Below are positions 19,203-29,354 of a DNA stretch of 64,000 nt, one piece after another. The stretch is from the NCBI GenBank assembly GCA_963790205.1, contig CAWBNQ010000010.1, forward strand, positions 64,001-128,000. The letters are read 5' to 3'. Made by a program: the position numbers and the translations under genes. A model generated the notes under the pieces. That model ran no database searches. It was not told the origin of the DNA and was given only the letters and a program-made list of their open reading frames with translations. Numbering within the stretch: the stretch's first letter is position 1; every line of letters starts with the position of its first letter. The DNA is from Nitrospirota bacterium. Lineage in GTDB: Bacteria > Nitrospirota > UBA9217.

Positions 19203-22200
19203 TCACTTGATCTTGACTTTGAATGTCACGGAAAAAATTGTGCTCTGGGGGCTGGGGGCCCCGTTAAACGTGCCTGAAGGCGTGATCTGAATGTTTGTCA
19301 CATTCGAGTCATAGCCGTTGGAGTCGGCGGCCGGCGTATAGCCGTAGGACACGCCGCTGTTATTGGAGTATGTTAACGAAATCCCGGTCAGTCCGCAGAC
19401 AGGCGACGCACTGCAGGTGAACCCCATGACCGGATTGCTGCAAAGGGTAGAAACGCACATGCTCGTGTTTGTCGGAATCGGATCAGTGATCACCGTGGTA
19501 TTGGCGTCCACGGAGCCGTAGCTGCTGTTCGTCACCTGGACGGTGTAAAGTATCATCGCGCCGGGAATGGCCTTCGGATTGGTCGTTCCGTTATAGGGAT
19601 CGGAATAGGTCTGGGCCGATTTAAGGACCGAGAGACTCGGCGTAATTTTGAATGTGCCGACCCTGGAGTCCGAAATCGCGCCTTCCGTGCCCTCCCATGC
19701 ACGCACGGCCGCGGACCAATTCCCTGAGGCCGCGGGCGCTGTGGGCATGAACGCATACTCGAACGTTTTCGTCGCAGCGCCTGAGTCATTGACCAGGGGC
19801 ATAGGGACATTCATTACTTTGTTGGCGCTGGTCGGGTCTGTGATCGTGAGCGTCGGGAGGCTGACGATGTCATAGCTTCCGAAGGGGTCGCTTACCACGG
19901 CGCGTACGTAGATCGTTCCGGTCGTGAAAGACGAGAGCGCCGTCCCGCCGCCGCTTAAATAACTCGCATTATAGGCAGTGACGCTGTTTATGTTGATGAC
20001 GTTTTGTGAGGGCAGGTTGACGTACGAATTGTTCGTGCCGCTCATCGGGGACACGATTACGTTTAGAGTTCCGCCGCCGGCAGTCGTGTTTTGCACGGTG
20101 AGCGCCCAATTGGAAGCACAGGTCAGCGCTGCTCCGAGTGGCAAAGTGAATGTCTTCAGGGCTGCCGTAGTTGTGAGCGCCAGGGTCTGCGTCTGCGTGA
20201 GAGTCGTGCCTCCGCATGCAAGAGTAACAACAACCGTCCTACTTCCCGCTGCATTGCTGGCCAAATAAAGATAAACAGGCACGTTGGCGTTAATCGTGTC
20301 ATTGGACTGCAAGGCCGGGTTGAGGGTCCAGACTTGGGATTGGCCCCCTTTTGTCAAGGGAACAGTGCCTGCGAGGCCGGTCGGCTTCGTCCGTGATAAT
20401 TTATGGGTTGGAGTGGAAGTATTGTCATAGAGATACAGCGGCTTGTTGCCGCTGGCCGCGTTTACCGTGACCGTGCCGGCTGCCGGTGTCCCGCCCGTGC
20501 CCGCGGAGGGCGTGATCGTGGCGGTATTGCTGATCGTAGTGCCGTTAACAGCCGAGGAAGCGATGGTCACTGTAAATACGATGGTGACGGACCCGTTCGC
20601 GGGGACGGTGATGTTGGAGAGATTGAGATAGCCCGTTCCGTTTGTACCGCCCGTTGGCAAGGAGTTGTCGGAGCACGTCGGCTCGCTTACGATCGTGAAG
20701 TTGGTCACATTCGCGGGCATATTATCCGTTACCGTCACGCCCGTGGCATTGACGCCGGCGGTCTCTTTGAGCGTAATGGTATACTGCAGAGTGTCGCCGG
20801 GACTGGCGTTGGCCAGTGTGTTGTTAAGATCGGCAACCGCCTTGGTCGAGGTGGAGAAGTTGTTGTTCACCGCGAAGCTCACCGTGGCGCTGTTGTTGTT
20901 GGAGTTGTAGTCCGTGATCGAGCCCGGTATGACGAGGCTTGCGGTGTTGGTAAGCATACTGGGCGCGGGCGCGCTTACGGTGCCCCTGATCGTATAGGTC
21001 ACATAGCCATTTAAGGGAAGGTTGGCGGTCGTGTTGATCGTGTTCCCGCTTCCCGAGGCCGCGCCGCAGGAAGAGGTGCCGTATGTTGATGATGTTGCCG
21101 TACAGGTCCAGGTAACGCCGGTGATGACCGACGGCACGGTGTCTTGGATCCCGACACCGTTCGCCGTCACGTTGTTGGGACCGGTATTAGCCGCGATCAC
21201 GGTGTATTGGATCGTGTCACCCACAGACGCGGTCGTGGTCGAACCGCTCGTTACGTCCGTGAATGTCTTGGTAATGGCGAGGTCGATCGCGGAGGTCGTG
21301 GTCTGATTGCTCACCAGGAGGTTGCGGATCTCATGATAGTTCGTGGAGCCGCCGGTGCTGGCGGCGTATCCCATCATGAGCTGTTGGGATGTCGAGATCG
21401 CGGGGAGCGCCTGGTTCGTGATCATCTGCGTATAGACAAGCGGGGAGTTGTAGCCGAATGCGACCCAGACATTGGCAACCGGATTGGGCGCCGGGCTGAT
21501 CTGTATGCGCACCTTGCGGTAATTCACGCCGGTTTGGGACGGTCGTGGCGTACCGTTGTACCACAGTGAGCCGGGGCTGCCGGAGGTGGCGATCCAGGGG
21601 TAAGAAGTTGTGCCAGTCGTTGACCCGATGGCGCCCCCGCCGAAGCCGACCACGGAGCCGCGTATTGTCACCGTGTTGGGCTGTTGTGAAGCTCCCAGGT
21701 AGCGTCCTTCACAGCCGTAGGCAAAATTACCGAACTCATCGACGCCGATCCCCACATAGCCGCCGCTGATTCCCGCTACGCTCGGTGTAACCGGATTGCA
21801 CGCAGCAGTGGACAGCTTCTGTGCATAACCGAGGGAGCCGCCGAAGGCGCCGATATTGAAGGTACTTACCCCGGCGTCGAACAGGTAGACGCTGTAGCCG
21901 TCGGCGCCGTTCCCCCCCCAAGTGGCGTAATCGAACTCGATAAGAAGCCCTGCGCTCAGGTCAAAAGTGGTGGTGTTATAGGCAAACCCGGTCTGGTTGC
22001 CCGAAGCGCTGGTCAGCCGCAGCCATCCCTGCCCCACCGGATCGATGACGCCGTTTCCGGTCAGCAAGGCGGACGTGGGATTGCCCCCCAGGACCCAGCC
22101 CGCGCTGTTCGTGTCGGTCATCGGTGCGTTGATGATGATCGCGGCAGAAGCGCCGCCCACAAGGCCCCCTCCCAGCGCAACCAGGGCCAAGGCCAGGATA

Positions 22201-22424
22201 ATGCAGGCGGCACGCAATTCTTCTCCTACCTTGTTGAAATTGAAAAAAGGTTTCATGCGGCAGGCGCTGTCTTTTTTTCGAGGATGACTCTTCATGACGA
22301 TATAATTAAAAATGTTTATTACCGTATTCGTAATCCCGGAGTCAATGAATCCAGATCGAAAACCCCATACAACTCCGATACTGCTGCTGCCTGTATAGCA
22401 GCATATCTTTTTGAATACTATCAA
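19203..22424 (-). CDS. Secreted adhesin: L-type lectin domain, two complete DUF11 domains and a C-terminal incomplete DUF11 domain (putative pilus tip)
   Basis: GWLRLT...GADGYSVYL...GIGVDEFGN...GYAASTGGSTNYHEI lectin signature. DLAITK..GDTIQYT..DTVP DUF11. Ends FKVKIK. True start probably 22256 or 22295. Confidence 0.8.
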   Translation of the reverse strand: MIVFKKICCYTGSSSIGVVWGFRSGFIDSGITNTVINIFNYIVMKSHPRKKDSACRMKPFFNFNKVGEELRAACIILALALVALGGGLVGGASAAIIINAPMTDTNSAGWVLGGNPTSALLTGNGVIDPVGQGWLRLTSASGNQTGFAYNTTTFDLSAGLLIEFDYATWGGNGADGYSVYLFDAGVSTFNIGAFGGSLGYAQKLSTAACNPVTPSVAGISGGYVGIGVDEFGNFAYGCEGRYLGASQQPNTVTIRGSVVGFGGGAIGSTTGTTSYPWIATSGSPGSLWYNGTPRPSQTGVNYRKVRIQISPAPNPVANVWVAFGYNSPLVYTQMITNQALPAISTSQQLMMGYAASTGGSTNYHEIRNLLVSNQTTTSAIDLAITKTFTDVTSGSTTTASVGDTIQYTVIAANTGPNNVTANGVGIQDTVPSVITGVTWTCTATSSTYGTSSCGAASGSGNTINTTANLPLNGYVTYTIRGTVSAPAPSMLTNTASLVIPGSITDYNSNNNSATVSFAVNNNFSTSTKAVADLNNTLANASPGDTLQYTITLKETAGVNATGVTVTDNMPANVTNFTIVSEPTCSDNSLPTGGTNGTGYLNLSNITVPANGSVTIVFTVTIASSAVNGTTISNTATITPSAGTGGTPAAGTVTVNAASGNKPLYLYDNTSTPTHKLSRTKPTGLAGTVPLTKGGQSQVWTLNPALQSNDTINANVPVYLYLASNAAGSRTVVVTLACGGTTLTQTQTLALTTTAALKTFTLPLGAALTCASNWALTVQNTTAGGGTLNVIVSPMSGTNNSYVNLPSQNVININSVTAYNASYLSGGGTALSSFTTGTIYVRAVVSDPFGSYDIVSLPTLTITDPTSANKVMNVPMPLVNDSGAATKTFEYAFMPTAPAASGNWSAAVRAWEGTEGAISDSRVGTFKITPSLSVLKSAQTYSDPYNGTTNPKAIPGAMILYTVQVTNSSYGSVDANTTVITDPIPTNTSMCVSTLCSNPVMGFTCSASPVCGLTGISLTYSNNSGVSYGYTPAADSNGYDSNVTNIQITPSGTFNGAPSPQSTIFSVTFKVKIK

Positions 22425-22519
22425 AAAATTATTTTTTATTCAACAAAAAAACATGTATTTCCGCAGGGTTTGGATTCCACTCCCATGATCTGATCAGCGC
22501 GAAAAATCGCTTCATCATT

Positions 22520-22897
22520 TTAGTACGCTTTAAAAGCATGCCGCTCAACGGCTTCCACGAACTCGTCGGTCCTGAGCGGCTTGGACAAGTATCCGCACAT
22601 GCCGGCATCCAGGCACAGCTTTTTCCCGTCACCCTCGGCAGCCGCCGAAACAGCAATAATGGGAACGTCATGCCTTCTTACCGGAGATGCATGACTTCTT
22701 ATGATTCTCGTGGCTTCGATACCGTCCATCACGGGCATATGAACATCCATCAAGACGATGTCGAAATCCTCTTTCTCCAGTTGTTCTATTGCTTCCTTCC
22801 CGTTTTTAGCCGTCTTCACGCAGTGCCCCCGTTTTTCGAGGATCCGTGCGGTCAGCATCCGGTTGGTCAGGATATCATCTACGACAAGCACTCTCAC
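22520..22897 (-). CDS. Single-domain response regulator
   Basis: VLVVDD, LMDVHMPVMDG, YLSKP. Confidence 0.9.
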   Translation of the reverse strand: MRVLVVDDILTNRMLTARILEKRGHCVKTAKNGKEAIEQLEKEDFDIVLMDVHMPVMDGIEATRIIRSHASPVRRHDVPIIAVSAAAEGDGKKLCLDAGMCGYLSKPLRTDEFVEAVERHAFKAY

Positions 22898-23062
22898 TGG
22901 CTGCCATCTCCACGCTGCTATGAATCATACCTGTTCATGCCTGCTGCTCAGGCTGGGAAAAATACTGAAACCACAATCGCCATGGTCCGGTCCCGCACAG
23001 TCAAGTCATGAGAACTTTGCATAATGCAAAGATGGGACCTTGCTGGTTTATAATGTTTTATT

Positions 23063-23078
23063 TGCAAAAACACTGCCA
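23063..23078 (-). promoter_or_regulatory. Sigma-54 (-24/-12) promoter for the response regulator and lectin adhesin
   Basis: TGGCAGTGTTTTTGCA = GG-N10-GC. Confidence 0.75.
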
Positions 23079-23083
23079 GAAAA

Positions 23084-23096
23084 CAACTATTTGATT
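23084..23096 (-). promoter_or_regulatory. IHF binding site
   Basis: AATCAAATAGTTG matches WATCAA-N4-TTR, immediately upstream of the sigma-54 site. Confidence 0.6.
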
Positions 23097-23216
23097 ATAT
23101 GAACGTAATAGGTCGCGAATGAAGTGAATGAAGTCATCGAGGTAGGAATTATTACTGCTTACAAGGAAATATTCCCGTCCCAAGAGGTCTTGATGCTCGC
23201 AGGGGGCAACCCGCCC

Positions 23217-24557
23217 CTATTCAATGCCGTGCTCGCTCATCTTCGACCGGAGAGTTTTGACGTCAACCTGCAAAATTTCAGCGGCCCTGGCCTTGTTGCC
23301 CTTTGTCGTTTCGAGGGCCTTCCTGATGAGTTTCTTCTCGATACCGCTCACGGCTTCTCTCAGCGGCACTAAGGCGCTGTCCGCACTGGCCTCCTTTCCG
23401 CCCAGAAGAAATTCGACGTGGTCCGGCCCGATGTTCTCTCCGCCCGATAGCAGCACCGCCCTCCTGATCACATTCTTCAATTCCCTCAGGTTCCCCGGCC
23501 AGGGGTATTGCATCATGCGGTCCATGGCCTGACTGCTCATCACGGCGACCGGCATATTCAGTTCCGAGGCGGCCAATTCGCAAAATTTATTGGCGAAAAA
23601 AGGTATATCTTCGGCCCGCTCTCTCAAGGGCGGCAGCGTGATGATGAACTCGCCCAGCCGGAAAAACAGGTCCTCCCTGAATTTCCCCTCCTGCACGCTC
23701 TTCTGGAGGTCCGCATTGGTGGCGGCAATGAACCTGATGTCCAGGTTGATGATTTTTCTGCCGCCGAGGCGGCTGACCTCCCGGCTCTCCAGGACGCTCA
23801 GGAGCTTGCTCTGTACGGACAGGGGCACGTTCTCCAGGTCATCGAGGAACGCGGTGCCTTTGTCCGCGGCCTCAAAAAAACCTTTTTGGGTCTGAACAGC
23901 GCCGGTGAAGGCGCCCCTTTCATAGCCGAAAAGCTCGCCCTCGATGATGGTTTCGGGCATCGACCCCATGTCGATCTTCACGAACCCCTTGTCCGCCCGC
24001 CTGCTCATGTTGTGCAGGATCTTCGCCAGGAGCGTTTTCCCCGTGCCGGTTTCCCCCTGGATGATGACCGAGAAATCAGTCCCCGCCACCTGCTTCAGTT
24101 GCTCGGCGATCTTCTTCATGGCCGGCGCCTTACCCGCGAAGCGTTCCAGCGAGGCGTTCTCGGAGGTATGAAGCCTGGCCAGCTCACGCTCCAGCCGGTA
24201 CTTTTCCAGCGCCCTTCGCACGGTGATGATGAGTTTCCCCGGCTCCACCGGTTTCACGAGAAAATCGTATGCGCCGAGTTTCATGGTTTCCACCGCCGTC
24301 GCTGTATCTCCGCTGGCGGTCGAGATGATGACCGGTATTGACGGGTCGATCTCCTTCAATATCCGTATGGTCTCAATACCGTCCATGACGGGCATGATGA
24401 GGTCGAGGATGACGATTGCCGGCGCTTCCCGTCGAAAACGGTCCACGGCCTGGCTGCCATCGGCCGCCTCGACTACCTGCAGTCCCTCCTTTTCCAGTAT
24501 CCTGGCGAGCATGGTCCGCGTTACCTTCTCATCTTCCACAATGAGGACCTTGTCCAT
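23217..24557 (-). CDS. NtrC-family sigma-54-dependent response regulator
   Basis: REC domain, GETGTGKT, GAFTGA, FREDLFFRL, WPGNLRELKN, Fis-type HTH. Confidence 0.95.
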   Translation of the reverse strand: MDKVLIVEDEKVTRTMLARILEKEGLQVVEAADGSQAVDRFRREAPAIVILDLIMPVMDGIETIRILKEIDPSIPVIISTASGDTATAVETMKLGAYDFLVKPVEPGKLIITVRRALEKYRLERELARLHTSENASLERFAGKAPAMKKIAEQLKQVAGTDFSVIIQGETGTGKTLLAKILHNMSRRADKGFVKIDMGSMPETIIEGELFGYERGAFTGAVQTQKGFFEAADKGTAFLDDLENVPLSVQSKLLSVLESREVSRLGGRKIINLDIRFIAATNADLQKSVQEGKFREDLFFRLGEFIITLPPLRERAEDIPFFANKFCELAASELNMPVAVMSSQAMDRMMQYPWPGNLRELKNVIRRAVLLSGGENIGPDHVEFLLGGKEASADSALVPLREAVSGIEKKLIRKALETTKGNKARAAEILQVDVKTLRSKMSEHGIE

Positions 24558-24727
24558 TCCCTCGTTCCCTCCCCGCCTCCTATTGAGAATCGCGACGCAC
24601 ATGCAGACGTTTAAACTATAGCACGGTGAGCGCTTCGAGGACAACCGATTTTTTTACCAAAACCGGCCTCTTGCCAAGACCCGCAAACTTTTGTATAGTA
24701 GGAGTGCAGCAAGGGAGCATAACCACG

Positions 24728-27412
24728 ATGTTCTACCTCACGCCCTATGTCATCCAGCCCCTGTTCTCGGCCGTCGTCTGCGGAGGGCTGGCCGCTTATG
24801 CCTGGCGTCGGAGAAACGTGCCGGCGGCCGTGCCCGTCTTCGCGGCCATGCTCATCGCGGCTGTCTGGTCCCTCTGCTACGCGCTCAACACCGCCGCAAC
24901 GAGCCTCGCCCTCAAGGTGTTCTTCTATCAGGCCGCCACCACCTTCGCGGCGTTCATAGGACCTGCGACGCTTGCCTTGGCGCTGGAGATCACGGGGTTC
25001 GGACAGTGGCTGACCCGCCGCAGGCTCGCCGTGCTGTGCGCCCTCTCCGGCGTCTTCGTCCTCCTGGCATGGAGCGGGGAGCATCACGCCCTTTTCCGAT
25101 ACGGGTTCTCGCTCATCCGAAACGGCCCTCTGCTGCTGCTCGACTTCAAGCAAGGGTGGGCCTGGTATATCTATAGTGCCTACGTAAACGGCCTCATGAT
25201 CGCCGCCCTGGCCCTTTTCCTGGCGCGTGCCCTGCGCAGTCCCGCCGTGTCCCGGCCCCGTTTTTACCTTCTCTTCGTGGGAACGCTCATCCCCATGCTT
25301 GTGGAAAGCCTGAATCTCACGCCAATTGAAAAGTTCAGCATGACCACCTCAACCTTCTGGTTTACCGGCTGCTGCTACATCCTGGTCATCTTCCGGCACC
25401 GGCTGTTGGAGGTGGAGCCGGTCGCCCGCGCGGCGCTCTTCGACCAATTGGAGGAACCGATCCTTGTCTTCGACGACCAGGGCACGCTGGTGGATTGCAA
25501 CCGCGCTGCGCAGAAATTGCTCAGCCCCGGAGCCGGACTCGCGAAGCTGAGCGCCGCCGCGTTCACCCGCTTTCCGATGCTCCAGTCACTGTCGAACCGG
25601 CCCCTGATCGTAATTGATGCTTTCGTAAAAGATGCCGAGGATGATCAGCGCTACTGGAGGATAAAGTCCCTGCCGCTCACAAGGGGGCTCCTCACGGTCG
25701 GGAACCTCGTTCAGCTGTACGACATCAGCGTCCTCAAGCGGAGCGAAGAGGAACGCCGTCGGGCGCACGATGCAGCGGAGGCGGCCAACCGCGCCAAATC
25801 GGTCTTTCTTGCGAACGTGAGCCATGAGCTTCGTACACCCCTGAACGCGATCATCGGCTTTACGGACCTTGTCCTCGACACTGAGTTGACCCTGGACCAG
25901 AAGAACTGTCTCGAAACCGTCAACCATTCGGCTGTGACGCTCCTTGCCATCCTGAACGACATCATGGATTTTTCAAAGATAGAGGCCGGGAAGATGGAGC
26001 TCGAAGAGGTCGATTTCGACCTGCGACAACTGGTTCACACAGCAATAAGGACGCTCTCCCTGCAGGCAGAAAATAAGGGGCTGAAACTGGAGTATTCCAT
26101 CGACCCTGACGTTCCGACGGTCTTGACGGGGGATCCCCTGAGACTGCAGCAGATTTTGCTCAACCTTGCAGGGAACGCGATCAAGTTCACTGAACAAGGC
26201 GAAGTGAAGATATCGGTACAGACCGCGCCGTCGAACCCAGAGCTTAAATTGAGGCGTCGGACAGATCGTCCGCGTTCCTCCGTAGGGATCCTTTTTAAAG
26301 TTAGCGACACCGGCATAGGAATACCCGAGGACAAACTGCGCAGTATCTTCTCGAGTTTTACGCAGGCCGACAGCTCCATTACCAGAAGATACGGAGGCAC
26401 AGGCCTGGGACTCACCATTTCGAACCAATTGGCCGGAATGATGGGAGAAGAGCTGAGGGTTGAAAGCACGCCGGGAGAAGGAAGCGTTTTTTACTTTACC
26501 GCGCGGTTCGCCCCCGGCCGCGAAGACTTTAACCAGGCAGCGAGAGGGGACGTACCTCAAACGCCGCTGCCCCATAAAAGCATGCATGTCCTTCTGGTAG
26601 AAGATAGTGCAACCAACCGGATGCTCACGGTACGCCTGCTCGAAAAACGAGGACACCTGGTGAGAACGGCGAACAGCGGGAAAGAAGCGATAGAGTTATT
26701 GGAGAGGCAAATTTTCGATGCCGTTCTCATGGACGTCCAGATGCCGGGGATGGATGGCTGTGAGGCCGCACGGATCATCAGGGACCCCCATTCGTCCGTA
26801 CTGAGGCATGATGTCCCCATTATCGCGCTGACCGCCCATGCCATGGCCGGCGATAAGGAGCGCTGCCTTGCCGCCGGCATGAACGGATATCTATCCAAAC
26901 CGCTACGGCTTGATGAATTTATCGAGGTTGTTGAGATGCATGCGGGTCGAGGTCCCCTGTCAACCATTACGCAGGCAGCGAACACGGATGTTTCGTATGA
27001 TGCTGATCACGGCCCACCCGTGCCGGGAACACAACGTGAAACGATCGGCGGAGCAATCATCACGGGGGAAACAGACCCGCTGAAAAAAATCAAAGAAGTG
27101 CTCCTCATACAGTATGAGGGCGACGAACGGCTCGTTGAGGAACTGCTCGAAGTCTTCCGGAACGAGATACCCGGCCTCGTCCGTAGGATCCGGGACGCCG
27201 TTGAAGCACGTGATTTCGCGCATCTCGCGATGCATGCCCATGCCTGTAAGAGCGCGGTAGGAGCTGTCGGGCTCACTGCTGCGAGTGAAATCGTTTCCAC
27301 AATCGAAAACGCGGCAAAAACGGAAGACATCGAGAACGCTGCCCGTAATTATGAAAAGCTCACACGGGAATTGAAAAGTTTTAAACTTCTGGCCAGTCGC
27401 CTGATACCATGA
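24728..27412 (+). CDS. Hybrid histidine kinase (7TM sensor-PAS-HisKA-HATPase-REC-Hpt)
   Basis: N-terminal TM bundle, [30 protein letters not shown] domain, HAHACKS Hpt. Confidence 0.93.
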   Translation: MFYLTPYVIQPLFSAVVCGGLAAYAWRRRNVPAAVPVFAAMLIAAVWSLCYALNTAATSLALKVFFYQAATTFAAFIGPATLALALEITGFGQWLTRRRLAVLCALSGVFVLLAWSGEHHALFRYGFSLIRNGPLLLLDFKQGWAWYIYSAYVNGLMIAALALFLARALRSPAVSRPRFYLLFVGTLIPMLVESLNLTPIEKFSMTTSTFWFTGCCYILVIFRHRLLEVEPVARAALFDQLEEPILVFDDQGTLVDCNRAAQKLLSPGAGLAKLSAAAFTRFPMLQSLSNRPLIVIDAFVKDAEDDQRYWRIKSLPLTRGLLTVGNLVQLYDISVLKRSEEERRRAHDAAEAANRAKSVFLANVSHELRTPLNAIIGFTDLVLDTELTLDQKNCLETVNHSAVTLLAILNDIMDFSKIEAGKMELEEVDFDLRQLVHTAIRTLSLQAENKGLKLEYSIDPDVPTVLTGDPLRLQQILLNLAGNAIKFTEQGEVKISVQTAPSNPELKLRRRTDRPRSSVGILFKVSDTGIGIPEDKLRSIFSSFTQADSSITRRYGGTGLGLTISNQLAGMMGEELRVESTPGEGSVFYFTARFAPGREDFNQAARGDVPQTPLPHKSMHVLLVEDSATNRMLTVRLLEKRGHLVRTANSGKEAIELLERQIFDAVLMDVQMPGMDGCEAARIIRDPHSSVLRHDVPIIALTAHAMAGDKERCLAAGMNGYLSKPLRLDEFIEVVEMHAGRGPLSTITQAANTDVSYDADHGPPVPGTQRETIGGAIITGETDPLKKIKEVLLIQYEGDERLVEELLEVFRNEIPGLVRRIRDAVEARDFAHLAMHAHACKSAVGAVGLTAASEIVSTIENAAKTEDIENAARNYEKLTRELKSFKLLASRLIP

Positions 27413-27685
27413 AGAACATAAAAGCCCTCTGTATGCCTGGTATTCGATCCGAGAGCTGGAAGCTCTTCCGGACCAAATGCCCGGACATGCCCGATTCAAA
27501 ACGTATTTAGCCGCAGAAGGTTTTCGCCGCGCGGGAAATTCACCGGGAGAGCCCAAGATTAGCGGTGCTCACTGTGTGCAGCAAAGATGACCTGCAGTTT
27601 TAGAAGAACTGTTTTCCAGTATTTCTTCCCCGAATAAGTGATTTTTTCCCTCATCATCACCCCATAAATAAATTTTTTTTATTTA

Positions 27686-27720
27686 AAAACAACATATTAC
27701 CATAAGGCACGCCATTTGCA
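27686..27720 (+). promoter_or_regulatory. Sigma-54 promoter with adjacent IHF-like site for the DUF11 operon
   Basis: AGGCACGCCATTTGCA at 27705-27720 (GG-N10-GC), with AAACAACATATTA just upstream. Confidence 0.75.
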
Positions 27721-27972
27721 TAACTAAGCTTAATATAAACATAACACTTTATTATTATTTTTAAAAATTTTAATGAAATTGAACAGCTTTTAAAAACCTT
27801 GATAAAAATAACGCATTAGAAAACAACAAAAAAAAGTATTGCGTAAAAAAATTAATCGTTACTATATGTAACATAAAGTATTACAAATTTTTCGTGATTT
27901 TAATACAGTTTTTATGTATAACAATAAGTTATAATTTGACTAATTTTTTTGTTATCATCGGGATTTTTTTAA

Positions 27973-29172
27973 ATGAATCAAGATGGATCTGAGAAAACCC
28001 GTTATCGTCAAATAGTTTTGACATGGGACCAGGCGCTGCTTATGGGAACGTTTAATAAAATAGTCTTGACGCTCGTGCATGGGGACGCACACACGCGTAA
28101 AAAATTGCGCGTGTTGTTTGCTGCCGTCCTCTTCATCGTGTCGTTCCTGTCCGCAATAGATGCCCATGCCGTGGGCACCCCTGTCGGAACAGTGCTCGGC
28201 AGCCAGGCCACAGCGCACTACACCATAGGCACGAGCAATTATTCCACGTTGAGCAATATGACCACCTTCAGGGTGGACGACAAGGTCTCATTTACCCTGA
28301 CAGCCAGTGATTCCGCAAACGTAACGATCCTCCCCAACAGCAGGGCATACATGACGTATGTCCTGACCAACACCGGAAACGGCCCGCATGATTTTACGCT
28401 CACTCAGGCGGTCTCGGGAATTCCCACGCTGACGCCTGCAGCAGGCCCCACGTTTTATTCTGATCAGGCCGGTACGGCCGCGCTGCCGACCGACGTGAAC
28501 GCCGGCGGCCTTCCCTACCTCAGCAGCCTGGCATCCGATGGGACCAAGACGATCTACTTGTATATAACGGCTCCCTCAACGCCAACGGACGGACAGACAG
28601 CCGATTATCTCATCACTGCCGAGGCCTACCAGCCCAATAATCTCGGCACGGTAAACCCGCCGGTGAAATCTTCAACGCAAGCCGCTGCCGATGCATCTAT
28701 CGACAAAAATGCAAATTTCACGACTCAGTATGTCGTCCTGGCTGACGGGCAGGGCAACGGCGGAGATGCGCTCAGAGACGGCAAGTACGCCGAACTCGCG
28801 AAGGACGGGAGCAACAGAACCGTGGGGTTCAAAGCGCAATCAGGGTCGGTGAACGTGGCCAAAACGGCCACAGTAACGGACGAGCTCGGCGGCAGCCAGC
28901 CCATGACCGGAGCAACGATCCATTACATTCTCGCCGTGACGGTGACCGGTTCGGGGACGGCGATGAACGTGGTGATCGCGGACCCCATCCCGTTGAACAC
29001 GACCTACACTGCCGGCACGCTCAAATTGAACGGCGTCACCCTTACTGATGCGGCGGACCCTGACGCTGGAGATGTGGGCGGAACGACACCGGGGACCGTT
29101 ACGGTAAAGCTGGGGAGTTTGACGAACGCCTCGCCGGTCCAGACCGTCACGTTCGATGTGAAGATAAATTGA
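27973..29172 (+). CDS. Secreted DUF11-type protein, putative minor pilin
   Basis: Signal ending AHA, mature N-terminus VGTPVGTVLGSQATAHY. C-terminal VAKT..GATIHY..ADPIP..FDVKIN. Paralog of 31264-32388. Confidence 0.8.
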   Translation: MNQDGSEKTRYRQIVLTWDQALLMGTFNKIVLTLVHGDAHTRKKLRVLFAAVLFIVSFLSAIDAHAVGTPVGTVLGSQATAHYTIGTSNYSTLSNMTTFRVDDKVSFTLTASDSANVTILPNSRAYMTYVLTNTGNGPHDFTLTQAVSGIPTLTPAAGPTFYSDQAGTAALPTDVNAGGLPYLSSLASDGTKTIYLYITAPSTPTDGQTADYLITAEAYQPNNLGTVNPPVKSSTQAAADASIDKNANFTTQYVVLADGQGNGGDALRDGKYAELAKDGSNRTVGFKAQSGSVNVAKTATVTDELGGSQPMTGATIHYILAVTVTGSGTAMNVVIADPIPLNTTYTAGTLKLNGVTLTDAADPDAGDVGGTTPGTVTVKLGSLTNASPVQTVTFDVKIN

Positions 29173-29354
29173 TTCTGGGGAAGCTTGATTGAGAAAAATA
29201 CGGCATGCGGGGATTTTGCAATCTCCAAAAGGAGGCGGGCCATGCGAACAGGATAATTGATACAGATGAAAAAAAACGACGATCGCGCAATCTCATGCGA
29301 AGACCTCTTTATCGAACGTCTTCGCGGCAACAATCAAGTTTGAAGGAGAATACC

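Noticed and set aside
29201..29220. Third sigma-54 promoter (cggcatg...ttgca)
   Set aside because: GG-to-GC spacing is 14 nt rather than the required 10.
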